A stretch of 64,000 bases of DNA from Octopus sinensis (GCF_006345805.1 NC_043003.1:92256001-92320000), one strand, 5' to 3'. Shown: positions 34,913-47,690, counted from the stretch's first letter. Notes: generated from the letters alone by a model not told the origin. Translations and numbers: made by a program.

Positions 34913-35224
34913 CACTAAATTCACCGAGACAACCATCTATATGGTTATTCGACTCGCTATCAATAGTCATTAAGTCTTCTTCAAATGATATCGCACCGTT
35001 TTAGAATAAAGAAACGCCGGATAACGTGATCTTGAATTTCCTGCAAATAGGAAAAAAGCAGGGTGATCTCAACTGGAATGTCTTTCATCATAAGCCTGAT
35101 CGACCAGGGTTGGTCCAGAGCTAAACAACAATACTGAGGGAACCTTCAATGTGGTCGCTAGATCCGCTAAAAATAGCCGTCAAATTTTCAAATATATATA
35201 GTTTTGAAAGTATAAAAATATCCT

Positions 35225-35560
35225 TTCAAGAAAAGTAGTGTGAGATAGGCCAAATAAAGGTAGATTCGATAAAGTAATCCTAGCTACCATGAAAAATGAT
35301 ACATTTGACAAAGTATTTCGAGATACCCTGAATAAAGATAGATTCGAAAAAGTAGTCCTTGATACACTGAATAAATTTTTATTCTGATACCCAGAATAAA
35401 GATGTATTCGGCAAAGAAGTCCTTGGTACCCCGAATAAAGAGATATTCGACAAAGTAGTTCTAGATACCCTACATAAAGGTACAATCGACTAAGTTGTTT
35501 CTAGGTATCCTGAATCAAAGTACATTCGACAAAGTAGTCCTTGATACACTGAATAAAGAC
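35225..35560 (+). repeat. 39-bp minisatellite, about 8-9 units
   Basis: Units start at 35252, 35291, 35330, 35369 (25 bp), 35394, 35433, 35472 (40 bp), 35512 and 35551; consensus about gaataaaggtacattcgacaaagtagtcctagataccct. Confidence 0.9.
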
Positions 35561-35709
35561 ATGTTAGCGAAACCGAGAATAAAATATTTATCAGTAATAT
35601 AATAATGTCAATTTCTTGCCAACATTGAGTTTCTTTACAGGAAGTAACTTATATATCTGTGTGTAAACAAAATAATAATTAACCGAAAAGGTATACATAC
35701 ATACATACA

Positions 35710-35741
<32 letters not shown>

Positions 35742-35742
35742 C

Positions 35743-35825
<83 letters not shown>

Positions 35826-35864
35826 CATATATATATATATATATATACTACATACATACATACA

Positions 35865-35957
<93 letters not shown>

Positions 35958-35963
35958 GTGTGT

Positions 35964-36067
35964 ATTAGAAAAAATAAGGCATTCAGAGATCTGGATGGTT
36001 GTACATATATAAATATTTGTATATGTACAACCATCCAGATCTCTGAATACCGTTTTTTTTTTCTAAT
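35964..36067. repeat. Near-perfect palindrome/hairpin
   Basis: 35981-36009 pairs perfectly with 36020-36048, with imperfect extension outward. Confidence 0.9.
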
Positions 36068-36267
36068 ATATAATATCTGTACATCACCTTCAAACCTTCT
36101 GATATATATAATTGTTAGAGTGCTGTACTCATGATCACGAGATTGTGGTTTCGATTCCCAGAGCGTGGGGTGCATCGTGTTCTTGAGCAAAACACTTCAT
36201 TTCACATTGCTCTGTGATCATTTCGACATCTGACATGTGGCACACTTGTGTATCTGTACAGTAAGTG

Positions 36268-36324
<57 letters not shown>

Positions 36325-36849
36325 TGAAGAAACAAAGTGTGTGCTTCTTTTTGAGAGTAGGTGTATTTCAACAGGTACTGTCGATGTTGCTGTTGCTGTT
36401 TTTAGCTCTTGGTTAACCTTGAATTGCTGACTGAGCTGACATATGCTCAAAAACATTTCAAAAAGATCATTTATGTGCGTCCAATGAGTCCTTTTTAGGA
36501 TGTGATTGCAGTGAGATTTAACCGCCATTTCTAGTAATTTTAATGGCCCCTTTAAGACACCGTCAGTGACTCGAGATATTTTTGTTGCTGTGTAACCTCA
36601 GATCTGTTCTCACCGAGTAGACGTATGATCAAAAGCGTTCTAGCCATGACACTCGGAGTTTTTTGTTTATCAGAGACTACATCGTCCATTGTTATTCTTG
36701 GGGACGTTTGATTCTTATTGATGCGGTTGATCAATATTCTTTCTTTGCGATGTCTATTGTCATGTAGTTGTTTTCTTTCTGAGCTGAGTGTACATGTGTT
36801 GTGTATGTATGTAGGTGTGTGTGTGTGTGTTGTGAGTTGTGTCTATGTT

Positions 36850-37330
36850 TTCATGATACAAGGGGCATCACATAGGTTTGTAGGCAATCCACCTGTTGTT
36901 CTAGTTGTTGTACAACTCTTCCTGGTAAAATTTCTTTTCATCTGAGAAGAACCAGATAATCCCCGGCTCAACAGGATGCCTCCGTTTGTTTAGGGGCTTC
37001 TTTACTTTCGCCAAGTAGTTCACTTTGGCTTTAGCTGTCAGAAATTGCAAAGGTCTTCATTCAGTGCCAGTTTCATTGTGGCAACTCCAAACCCATCTCT
37101 CTAGTTAAATCCTGGATTCCCTTGCTCGGATCTTCCACCGTCTTGTCCAGCAGTTGTTGGATGAAATCCGGCGCGCGGATGAAGTTAGAATCCCTGCTCG
37201 TCACGGCTTCGTAATCTCCGTTGTAGTCATCCTTGTCTCATCTTACAGCCTTTACAGTGTTCACAGAGCATTAAGCAGCGGTCATTATGTCGGCATTTTG
37301 ATAGCCGACGCGAATAATCGTGATACTGGT
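36850..37330 (-). pseudogene. maT-like transposase remnant
   Basis: Minus strand reads HPVEPGIIWFFSDEKKFYQEELYNN.NNRWIA. Confidence 0.75.
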
Positions 37331-37758
37331 AACTCTTTTCCAATATTCAGATGGCTTCCAATCGTCCATGTAAGCTAAGTTTTTCTCAACTACAACTTTC
37401 ATCTTTATGCTCTCCAACGTCGTGCACTGGCCACCAATACATTAAGCTGTCCCTGAAAAAAAGACACATAAAAATGTTCAAAGTCCGAACACACACACAC
37501 ACACACACACAGAGAAAGACACGTATGTGTGTATGTGAAAGTGTGTCATAATATTTGGACTTGGTTCTACGTTACATAAAGTTTCGGATATATGATAGAA
37601 ATTATATAATCAAAGTGTATTGCCAAATCTTCAGAGACGTATAAATGTTGTACGTAATATCACTGGATTAGTGACAGAGTTCCCATCATGGAAGGAGTTA
37701 CCAGGTTACGTATCTGGAGAGTCGACAAGGATTTTTGATTATATAATTTATATAAAAA

Positions 37759-37787
37759 CTAGCAGAGATACCCGGCGTTGCTCGGGA
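37759..37787 (-). mobile_element. Isolated Helitron 3' terminus
   Basis: ctag...cccggcgttgctcggg, same as the 3' ends of the two larger Helitron copies. Confidence 0.6.
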
Positions 37788-37811
37788 TCAAAATGGCTTA
37801 GTTTTTTTATT

Positions 37812-38070
37812 GTTTTACTTGCTACGGCCATGCTGGAGCACCGCCTTTAGTCGAAGGAATCGACCCCAGGATTTATTCTTTGTAAGCCTAGTACTTATTC
37901 TATCAGTGTCTTTGAGCTAAGTAACGAGGACGTAAGCACACCAACATCGGTTGTCAAGCGATGATGGGGATACAAACACACACACACACACACAAATATA
38001 TACGACAGTCCTCTTTCAGTTTCCATGTACGAAATCCACTCACAAGGCTTTGGTCGGCCAGGCTATAGCA
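37812..38070 (-). mobile_element. SINE family B
   Basis: Homologous to 17788-18166. Confidence 0.8.
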
Positions 38071-38375
38071 CACGCGCGCATGCTCTCTCTCTCACTTTCT
38101 CCTCATCCATCACCCTCTTGTACTGTCTTATATTCCTCCCCACCACTACAAACTCAATACCACTATAAAATGGTCAAAACTTTTCACACAGGAACTTAGT
38201 TTGATTTGAAAACCCCACTAGAATGGGAGAAAGTGCTAATACATGATCTAAGTTATATGATGTATAAAAAATGTAATATACAAATAAATATCTGTAAATA
38301 TAAGCCATCCGATTTTCTGAGTACCTCATTTCTTCTAATATACATATATATATATATACATATAATATATATATA

Positions 38376-38438
<63 letters not shown>

Positions 38439-38634
38439 TATATATATCTATATATATATATATATATATATATCTTTTATTAACTTTTAATACTTTTGAT
38501 ATTTAAAAAATTTTTTTAATAAAAAATTAATTAATTAATTAATAAATAAAATAATATATAAATATAAAATATACATACATATTATATATATATACAAATT
38601 ATATAATATATAAGTATGTATATTTGATATTTCC

Positions 38635-38830
38635 CAAGACTAACCCCAGCTCTCTGTGTCAAGACAGACACGTGCTTAGTCTTACTGATTACACGGGAAT
38701 AAAATTTCAAATGTCTTGGTTTCAAATGTCTAGCGCGCCGGCGGAACCAAGACATTTGAAATTTATTCCCGATGTAATCAGTAAGACTAAGCACGTGTCT
38801 GTCTGACACAGAGAGCTGGGGTTAGTCTTG
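38635..38830. repeat. Long inverted repeat (about 87-bp arms, 23-bp spacer)
   Basis: 38635-38721 is the reverse complement of 38745-38830 apart from three 1-bp indels. Confidence 0.95.
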
Positions 38831-38851
38831 CGGTTTGCATCTCGAGGACCG

Positions 38852-38926
38852 AATGTACTGAAGAAGTCACGGACACTTGAATTATGCAAGTATTCTTTTG
38901 TTAAGACCGAAACCGAGGTATGCATT
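38852..38926 (+). ncRNA. Type I hammerhead ribozyme motif with extended stem II
   Basis: AAUGUA-CUGAAGA-AGUC...GACC-GAA-ACC-GA-GGU-A-UGCAUU: 6-bp stem I, intact CUGANGA/GAAA core, GUA site after 38920, mismatch at pair 10.1-11.1. Confidence 0.65.
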
Positions 38927-39088
38927 TAAGTGTGTTTTTTATAATTTTTCATATGTCCTGCCCGCCCAATTTGGTTCTGGTGTTCGCTGAATTCTTCCTC
39001 TAGAGAATTTCCCTTGTAGTTTGATCGTTGATGATCTTTTTCTAGCATTCTGGACGGCTACCTAGCAGGCCAGCCCTGCCAATATATA

Positions 39089-39166
<78 letters not shown>

Positions 39167-39257
39167 ATATACATATATATATATATATACATATATACAT
39201 ATATATATATATACAATATACATATATATATATATTTACATATATATATATATTTAC

Positions 39258-39289
<32 letters not shown>

Positions 39290-39376
39290 TTACATATATA
39301 CATATATAGATATATACATATATACATATGTATAAACCGACGGTAACATTCTGCCACGAGTAATATATAGCTTGAC

Positions 39377-39411
<35 letters not shown>

Positions 39412-39434
39412 ATGTGTATATATATATGTATAGG

Positions 39435-39700
39435 GAGAATTCACAAAAAAAAAACAAAAGACGAAGACAGGTGGTGTAGACAACAAAGAGATGTATTAGT
39501 ATAACGTTCGGGAGTGAAAAAGTCGTTTCGAGCCTACGCTTTTCCATAGAAAGGAACACAGAAAGAAACAAGGAGAGAAAATAAAGAATGTGTAGTGACA
39601 GCGATCTATCATGGCGAATGCCGGACAGAAGGGTCACACAGGAGAGCATGGGAGAAGGAAGATAATAAAGTAGTGGTGATCCCAAAACGAAGGTGCGCGT
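39435..39700 (-). mobile_element. Penelope-associated repeat, degenerate hammerhead copy
   Basis: Homologous to 12020-12200 and 47130-47300. Confidence 0.6.
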
Positions 39701-39971
39701 GCGTGTGTATAAGAGAGTTTGTATGTGGGTGTGGAAGAGAGCTGATAACCTTGACGTGTGCGTGTGTGTATGTGGGTCTGGGAAGTGGTCAGTGCTGATG
39801 TGCGTGGTGGTGTGTTGTGATCTGATGTGTTGTGTGGTGTGGTGTGATGGTGTTAGGAGGTGGGGGAGGCGAGAGTGGGGAAAGCAAGTGTGGTGGGGTG
39901 TATATATACATATGTCCATACATACATATACACACGTGTTTGTGTATATGTATGTATCGACACAGACACAG

Positions 39972-40004
<33 letters not shown>

Positions 40005-40076
40005 CATATATATATATATGTCTCTACATACACACACACATGCATATAAATATAAAACTAGTCATATGTATGTAAA

Positions 40077-40473
40077 TCTTTATATATAAAAGTGAAGTTG
40101 TGTGTCTGTCTCCTACGATTTAGATTCCTAACTACTCCCACATTTTGCGGTGCAGTGTAACCAAAAGCGGGTATCTTATAGTCGTGATTCATATCGAGCC
40201 CTTCTGGGTATTAGCGCGCGTCTACGATGAGTCTACGATTTAAAAAAAAAATTACCATCATTTTTTCCCATTTTTAATGCATTTTTTGCTATTATATAAG
40301 GGAAGTAACTCTCTAAAAATGTATTATTAAATCTCAGAACGTAAAAAGCTACAGTAACACCCCCCCCCTTTGTGGTTAGCCATATTAAGATGGCTATTAT
40401 ACTTTACACCTCTAAAAATGCTTATATCATTATTTCCCTTACAAATCCGAGCAACGCCGGGCGATACTCCTAG
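40077..40473 (+). mobile_element. Non-autonomous Helitron
   Basis: A|TC...ccgagcaacgccggg...CTAG|T: canonical termini inserted between A and T. Confidence 0.88.
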
Positions 40474-41469
40474 TATATATATATATATATGTTTCAGACT
40501 GTAAAGAAAACAAAAAGACAAGGGAAATGAATGAGTTTAACATTGCTTAGTACACCGATATTTAAAACATTTCTAACTTTGAAACAATTCCTAATTCAGA
40601 AGGAAGTCTATGTAAATTTCTTTTCCATTCTTTACTTTTTTTTTTTTTGCTTTAGTTCTTTCATATTTTTGTTTATTTTTGATTTATTGTCTTATTTCAT
40701 TATTTCCTTCCATTTACCACCTTTGTATCTGGAATTCTGAGATCACTTTCATACTGATATATATTTTTTTTAAATGTTGCTTTTTGTTTCCATTACTCCT
40801 TTACTTATTTTTCTTTTTCTTTTTGTCGTAGTTTTACTAAACCCATGTCTATAATTGTTCTTTATATTTGCTGTAATTCTCATTTTCTTTCTGTGGTCTC
40901 TTTTGTTCATGTTCCTGTGCTTATTCTGGACCATTCTCCTAATCTTTGTTTTATATAATTATTCTTGTTATTGTTGCTTGTTTTTTGAGATTACTTCTCG
41001 TTTTCTTACAGCTTTCGTGGTCCTTATGCTGTTCCTGCTATCTTCGTCGTTATTGGCAGCGTCGGCACTGACTTTCTTGTCATTGTCATCATTATGATTG
41101 TGCGTCATCTTCGTCATCATAATAGCTGTCATTTATGTGATTCAGCTTGTTGTTGTAGTTGTTAATCCTTCACTTTATTTTCTTTCTTGTTGCTGCTGTT
41201 ACTGATGTTGTTGCTGTCATCGTCGTCGTCGTAGTTGTTGTTGTTGTTGTTCTTTTCCCCCTCCTCCTCCTCCTCCTCTTCTTCTTCTTCTTCTTCCTGC
41301 CCTCCCCTCCCCTTCACCCCTCCTCCTCTTCCTCCCCCCACTGCCTCGCGATTGCCTCAATTTTTATCGTCCGTTTTCAAATCATTATATGTGATGTTAC
41401 CATATTCCTACGCATCCCATCATTTCCCCAATTATTTTCCCCCTCAGTCGTTTCTCTTACCACGGTACG

Positions 41470-41742
41470 ACTATGACGACGACGACCACCACCACCACCA
41501 CAACCACCACAACCACCACCACCACCACCACCACCACCACCACCCCCACACCACCACCACCACCACCACCACCACCACCACCACCACCACCACCACCACA
41601 CCACCACCACCACCACCACACCACACCACCACCACCACCACCACCACCACCCCACCACCACCACCACCACCACCACCACCACCACCACAACCACCACCAC
41701 AACCACACCACCACCACCACACACCACCACCACCACCACACC

Positions 41743-41794
<52 letters not shown>

Positions 41795-41795
41795 T
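41470..41795. repeat. (CAC)n/(CAA)n microsatellite
   Basis: Directly visible; source of the poly-T/P/H/Q/W ORFs. Confidence 0.95.
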
Positions 41796-42449
41796 CAAAA
41801 ACGCGGAATACATTAGTATAATTGTGGTTTGGCCCCTTATTTCGTCAGAACATTTCATCACCACGCCCTTCTTCAACAGAAACACCACAACTACGCTGCT
41901 GCACCACCAGTACCAGCTGCAATACCCCTCACTACGACCAACACCTTCGCCCCTCCGCCACCGTTTTTGCCACGAACGTAGACTGGGAGTGTCTACCAGG
42001 AAGGCAAACCGTGCCTACACGAGTGTGTCTCCAACCACTGCTGCTACAACTACTCCTACTACAACTTCCACCACCACTACCACTACCACTACCATCATCA
42101 CCATCGTCACCTCCACAACCATTCCGTCACCATTACAATTCCATCACTAAAGCCACTCATTATAATCACTACCACCACTACTGTGTATAAAAGACCATCA
42201 CAACCATCACCACCGTCGCCGCCGCCAACTAAACACAATCATCAAAAAACTGAGTAAACTCTGAGTGGTCACTGGATCTACTAGAAACACCAGCCAAATG
42301 TCTCGCAACTGAAACCCTACTATCCTAAAATAAGAACAATAGAAGGTCGCATTGGTTTATACTATATAAACCATGAACGAGTAAAAGACAGTCCTATCAA
42401 CGGGTAAAAAAACAGTAAGGTCATGGCTGGAATGTCCTTTTCCGTCATT

Positions 42450-42890
42450 CATAAGCTGGCTCAGTAAGGGCACAGATCTTCACATTTTTGTTTTTGAAAA
42501 TTTTCCTCGATTCCACAATCAACATGTATCTGAACACTGGCTAAGTATCACTCCGACATTACATAAAAGTTCCAGGCCACTTCTGAAAAATGATTGACGG
42601 TGAAGGACTTGGAAACTTAGATGACAGTAGAATGGAAGGTTGCAATAAAGTTTTAAGAATTTAGAACCAATTTATCACGGTAAACTTCTTAAGTGATAAA
42701 CATCGTTGATACTCTGAAGAGGATGTGGACTGTGTCGCATCCATTGGTCCTTGATGAGAAAATGTAGGCTCACCTTTTTGAAGATTATGTGATGTATATA
42801 GACCCTCAATTCGTCATTGTAAAAACAAAAATGTGGCTAGTACTGGTGTAACATCTGATGATTACTTAACAAGATGACGTTAAGCTTATT
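42450..42890 (+). pseudogene. Transib/RAG1-like transposase C-terminal remnant
   Basis: Stitched across frameshifts and stops: FENFP...WLSITPTLHK/VPGHF.KMIDGEGLGNLDDSRMEGCNKVLR/LSR.TS.VINIVDTLKRMWTVSHPLV. Parallels RAG1 HKTLAH...GAWASEGNESGNKLFR...ARQ. Confidence 0.7.
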
Positions 42891-42999
42891 TTTGTAGTAA
42901 ATCGTATTTGTTATTCATTTTAATCCAATTATACCCGTTTAGGTGTTTTGGGTCCAAACTTTGAAAAGGATGTTTAGGCCCTTAGATTTATGGAGATTT

Positions 43000-43560
43000 A
43001 GGTCCAGACCAATGAGCCCATAAATTTTCATAATCATCTTATCAATACGCTTCTGATGAGCCCTCAACCAACTTCCAATCGTTACCTAACTCAAATCATG
43101 TCAATTTGTGTGTTTTCGGTCTTAAATATTCAAACATGGAAATTCGGCCCTAGTTACCCAGATTTAAAAAAATAATTCAAGTTTCGTAAGTTTCCTAAAT
43201 TGTGTTACCAATACACTTCCAACAAAGTCTCAACTACCTTCTTTTCGTCCAACCGATACCCGTTTTTATGTTTTAACTTAAAATGCTCACATATGGAAAT
43301 TCGGCCCTAGACCCTAAAATTGTTGAAAATTTGCAATTTTTATAGCCTTATGAATCGCTTCCAATGAGCCCTCCACCCACTTTCCAAGTGTGGTTTGAAC
43401 TCAAATTATGCCAAATTTTTTTATTTTCGGGACCAAAATGACCAAATATGAAATTAGGTTTCAGCCTCCAGATTTTTGAGAAATTTTTGAGTTTCATAAA
43501 TTTCTGGAATTGCCTTATCAATACGTTTCTAACGAGCCCTCAACCACTACCAGGAGATAA
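43000..43560 (+). repeat. Degenerate tandem repeats (period about 140-190 bp), possibly subterminal repeats of the Transib-like element
   Basis: atcaatacgcttct.atgagccctca.c motif at ~43021, 43208, 43350 and 43517; atggaaattcggccctag twice. Confidence 0.6.
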
Positions 43561-43694
43561 TTTTCTGCCAATTCGTGTCCAAATATCCACGAAATCACCA
43601 TCTCAGTCCACTTAGAAAAAAAGGGGAAAGAGAGAGGAATCTACCTCAGTACTGGACTTTTATTCGTCGATCTAGATAAATGACACCGTATTTA

Positions 43695-43910
43695 CGAGGC
43701 GTGACGAAAAGTTCCTGGTTTTAAGGGTATCGCGAAAAGCCTGATTGACAACCCGACCTTCCGAGTTCTTTTACAGGGCTTAGAAAAACTGAAGGACCGC
43801 TGCAATAAGTGTGCGAATTTGAGAGGAGAATATGCAACATAAAATCATAATTAACTGCTCCTCCTGTATTTTCTTTTATCCAAAGCCAGGAACTTTTCCG
43901 CCCCACCTCG
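43695..43910 (+). mobile_element. Mariner-derived MITE (216 bp)
   Basis: TA-flanked TIRs cgagg...aaaagttcctgg / ccaggaactttt...cctcg. Second copy at 50643-50865. Confidence 0.85.
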
Positions 43911-44422
43911 TATATTTGTTTACATAGCAGGGTTTGTGTAAACGAGTTGAGGAGTGGGATAGCTTGACCGGAAGTGATATAATCAGAGTCACAGTGAGAA
44001 TAGTTAGGGAAAAGGGGGGAAAAGAGAATGAGAGAGAGTGAGAGAGAGAGAGAAAGAGAGAAATAAAAAAGAAATGAGTGGGCTAATGAGGAAATCAAAA
44101 TATTGGTGTCTCTGTGTGTAGTTAAATGCACTTTGCTCTTATTTATACAGATGATAAATAGAATCTACACTGTGTCAAAGAGTAAAAAGTTCGCGTATTG
44201 TTGCCTGCAACAGTTATTCTTAAAGTTACACACGTACGCACGCACACACACACATACACATACACACACTCACAGACTTTTGTGCTAATGCTTGTGCTTA
44301 TGCATGATGTAGCAAGTTTATGTGGGAATAAAGATGTATTGCATTTGTGTGTAGCAAATGAGGGATATCTGCGTGTCATGGTATGGTGCAATGTGGGAGG
44401 ATGGTAGCAATGTTGTAGGGTA

Positions 44423-45699
44423 CGATGGACGTTCAATAAGTAATGCCCCTGACCCACTTGCAGTTGTTTGATCTAGCTGAAATTGCGCATGTGCAATTAT
44501 TTATATCTCTATAGATTAAGTGGTAAATTACAGCTCTGAACTAATTGTGGTTTCTGATTTACAGGTGTTTGAACTGAGTCAAGTGTGAAATGGAGCCTGT
44601 TGAGTGTCGAGCAGTGATCCGGTTTTTGTATTTGAAAGGACGCACACCACGGGAGACTTTTGATGAAATGAAAGTAACTTATGGTGATGATGCCCCATCA
44701 TATGACATTGTAAAACGCTGGCATCGTGAATTCAAACATGGTCGGAACTCTATGGAAACAGCTCCCAGATCCGCCCCCCCCCCTCTGCCATTGATGAGGC
44801 ATCTGTCCGTCAAGTTGAGGCTGCCATTTTGGAAGATCGACGCATAACTATTCGCCAAATAGCCCATGAGGTCAAGATTAGTACCGGGTCTGTGGAAACT
44901 ATCATTCATGACCATTTGCATATGCAAAAGGTGTCTGCCAGATGGATTCCCAGGTTGCTCACACCTTTCCAGAAGCAAGAACGCGTCGAGTGCTCGAGGA
45001 TGAATTTGGAGATGTGCCAAGAAGATGAGTCAACATTTTCAAAAGACTAACTACACAGGATGAAACCTGAGTCAATCACCAAAGCCCAGTCAATGCAGTG
45101 GAAGCACCGTGACTCACCTCCTCCAAAGAAGGCAAGGGTGCAGCCCTCTGCTGGCAAGGTCATGCTCACAGTCTTCTGGGACCAGGACGGAGCAGTGTTG
45201 ACAGATTTCCTGGCAAAGGGTACCACAATTGCAGGAGCCTATTATGCTTCAATTTTGAGGAAATTAAGAGAAGCTATCAAAATCAAGAGGCGGGGCAAGA
45301 TCAACAAAGGCATCCTCCTCCTGCAGGACAACGCTCCGGTCCACAACTCGCGTTTCGCCAGATCAGAAGCACAGGCATGAGGCTATGAACTCCTCCCCCA
45401 TCCCCCCTACTCTCCTGACCTTGCACCCTCTGATTTTCACCTCTTCCCAGCCATGAAGTTGTTTTTGAAAGGAAAGCGTTTCCCAGATGATGCAGCCTTG
45501 ATTTCTGAAGTCACGTCATGGATGGAGGACCAAGCTGGGGTCTTGTACAAAAACGGTCTCCAGAGCTGCATCAAACGATGGGAGAAATGCGCAACTCTGG
45601 GTGGTTCCTATGTAGAAAAAGACTAATAACTGTGCCAAGTTTCGTTGCTCTACCGCTATGGGAAGTGGGTCGGGGGCATTACTTATTGAACGTCTCTCG
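44423..45699 (+). mobile_element. Full-length mariner transposon (1277 bp)
   Basis: 37-bp TIRs with 3 mismatches; TA duplication at 44421-44422 and 45700-45701. Confidence 0.95.
44590..45626 (+). pseudogene. Mariner DD34D transposase pseudogene
   Basis: MEPVECRAVIRFLYLKG, WIPRLLT, QDE, LLQDNAPVH and YSPDLAPSD with 34 residues between the last two D. Frameshifts and a stop. Confidence 0.93.
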
Positions 45700-45753
45700 T
45701 ATATTTATGTAAACATGGCAACGCTATTCGTAAGAGAGTGTGTATGTGTGTCG

Positions 45754-45790
<37 letters not shown>

Positions 45791-45949
45791 GGGGGGAGTG
45801 TGTGAAAGAGAAAAGAGGGAGCGAGAAAGAGAGAGTGAGAAAGAGAAGAGTAGCTGATGCGGAAGATGAGGTGATGTTCTTTGTTATAATGAGAAGCAAC
45901 GGAGCCATATTATGAAATAACACCTTAGACTGAGAGATGGGAAATTGTA

Positions 45950-46650
45950 TAAGAATTGAAGATCGACACGCAACTGCCATTCCCTTCCACCGTCTTGTCT
46001 CTTATCACGTTCTTCACATCTTCAATTCTTTCTTTCTCCTAGCACTTCACTCCTCTTCTTCATTCTGGATATTAATTCCTTGTGGATTATTCATCCCACA
46101 CTGCAATAGTCTTTTCCCTCAAGCATTTCTTGGACAATTTCATTACATTAACTACAGCATCTCTCCTCTCTTCTGTCTCGATGAGCATGCCTATATCTTG
46201 AATTGTTTCTATTTCCGTGAGAAAGTTTACCAAAAGTTCCGTGGTTTGGCTATAAGAACTAGGGTGGGTTCTAGTAATGCTAATTTGTTTGCTGGTTACC
46301 ACAAAAGCTCAAGCATTTATCCAGTTGACTGGTCCTATTGCAGAACCATGGTAGGTACATAAATGATTATACATGAGCCAGCTATCTCACCCACACTCAA
46401 CTCATCACCTTCATTGATTTCGTTGATTCTTTCCACACACGGTGAACTTGCTTCCACCATTTTCTCTTCCTCAGTCAATTTTCTTGACATCTATGTCACC
46501 ATTGACTACCTAAAAATCCCTCTCTACGTCCGATGTCTATAATTTGCCTGTTTCTCTTCCCTACCTCATTTCTTGCATCCGTCCCACTCTTGGCCGCTTG
46601 CTGTCACCACTACTGTCTATTCTAATGCATTTTTTTCTTCGATTGTTCTT
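45950..46650 (+). pseudogene. Penelope-like element reverse transcriptase remnant
   Basis: LFILDINSL; LNCFYFREKVYQKFRGLAIRTRVGSSNANLFAGY (G.AMG...YANLF); RYINDY; SVNFLDI. Confidence 0.75.
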
Positions 46651-47207
46651 CTTGCCTCCTTCTGCCGTCTTCCTTTTCTGCTGCCTTCACTTTCTGTTGC
46701 CTTCACTTTCTGCTGCATTCACTTTCTGCCGCCTTTGCTTAGATCCTGCTACTTCCATATTCCATGAACGCACACACCCCTTCTTAGAACGGTGTCCAAT
46801 TTAAGTGAACTTTTAACCTGTAGCACGTAAACCCTTTCTAACACACAGTCCGGAACTTTCCCCGCTACGGAACCAAGTGTAACACATGACATAGGTTAAA
46901 GGATCGTATCTCTGAACACCATAGTAGCGACTTTAATTCACCCGCCCGTGTTATTTGCCAACTCTTAACTTTCTGATGTTATTTCATACCATGGCACTCC
47001 TGCTTCTTCTTATTGATCTTAACCCTTTTATATGTGTGTTCTTCATTGCTCCAGCATGACTGCAGTCGCATGGCTGAAACGAAGAAAAGAATATACACAC
47101 ACACACATACACACAGAAAACAAAATTTACTGAAAACAAAAGACGAAGATTGGTGAGGGAACAACAAGCGGGTGTATTAGTTTAACGCTCGGGAAGAATG
47201 GAAAAGT

Positions 47208-47243
47208 CTTTGCAGTTTCGAGCCTACGCTCTTCGACAGAAAG
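47208..47243 (-). ncRNA. Hammerhead-like motif (CUGUCGA core) in a Penelope-associated repeat
   Basis: Same fold as 12131-12166; the ACGU palindrome is mutated in this copy. Confidence 0.45.
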
Positions 47244-47402
47244 GGTTGAGAGGAAAAAAAGTGGAGAGAGAACAAAAAACGGGGAAAGAAAAAAATGTGT
47301 AGCGATTAACTGTTCAACATGTTGAGTATATCTCTTCTTAAAAGTTAAAAGAAGAAGAGAATTATAAATAGACACACACACACACACGCACACACACACA
47401 CA

Positions 47403-47690
47403 TTCTCTTTTATTCTTTTACTTGTTTCAGTCATTTGACTTCAGCTATGCTGGAGAACCTCCTTAAAGGATTTTAGCCGAAGAAATCGACCCCAGGATTT
47501 ATTCTTTCTTAGCTTAATACTTATTCTAACGGTCTCTTTTGTCGAACCGCTAGATTACGGATGCGTAAACACACCAGCACCAGTTGTCAAGAGGGGGAGG
47601 GGGACAAACACAGACACAAAGATACACAAATATATATATGTGCATATATATGACGGGCTTCTTTCAGTTTTCGTCTACCAAATCCCCAAA
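47403..47690 (-). mobile_element. SINE family B
   Basis: Homologous to 17788-18166. Confidence 0.8.
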
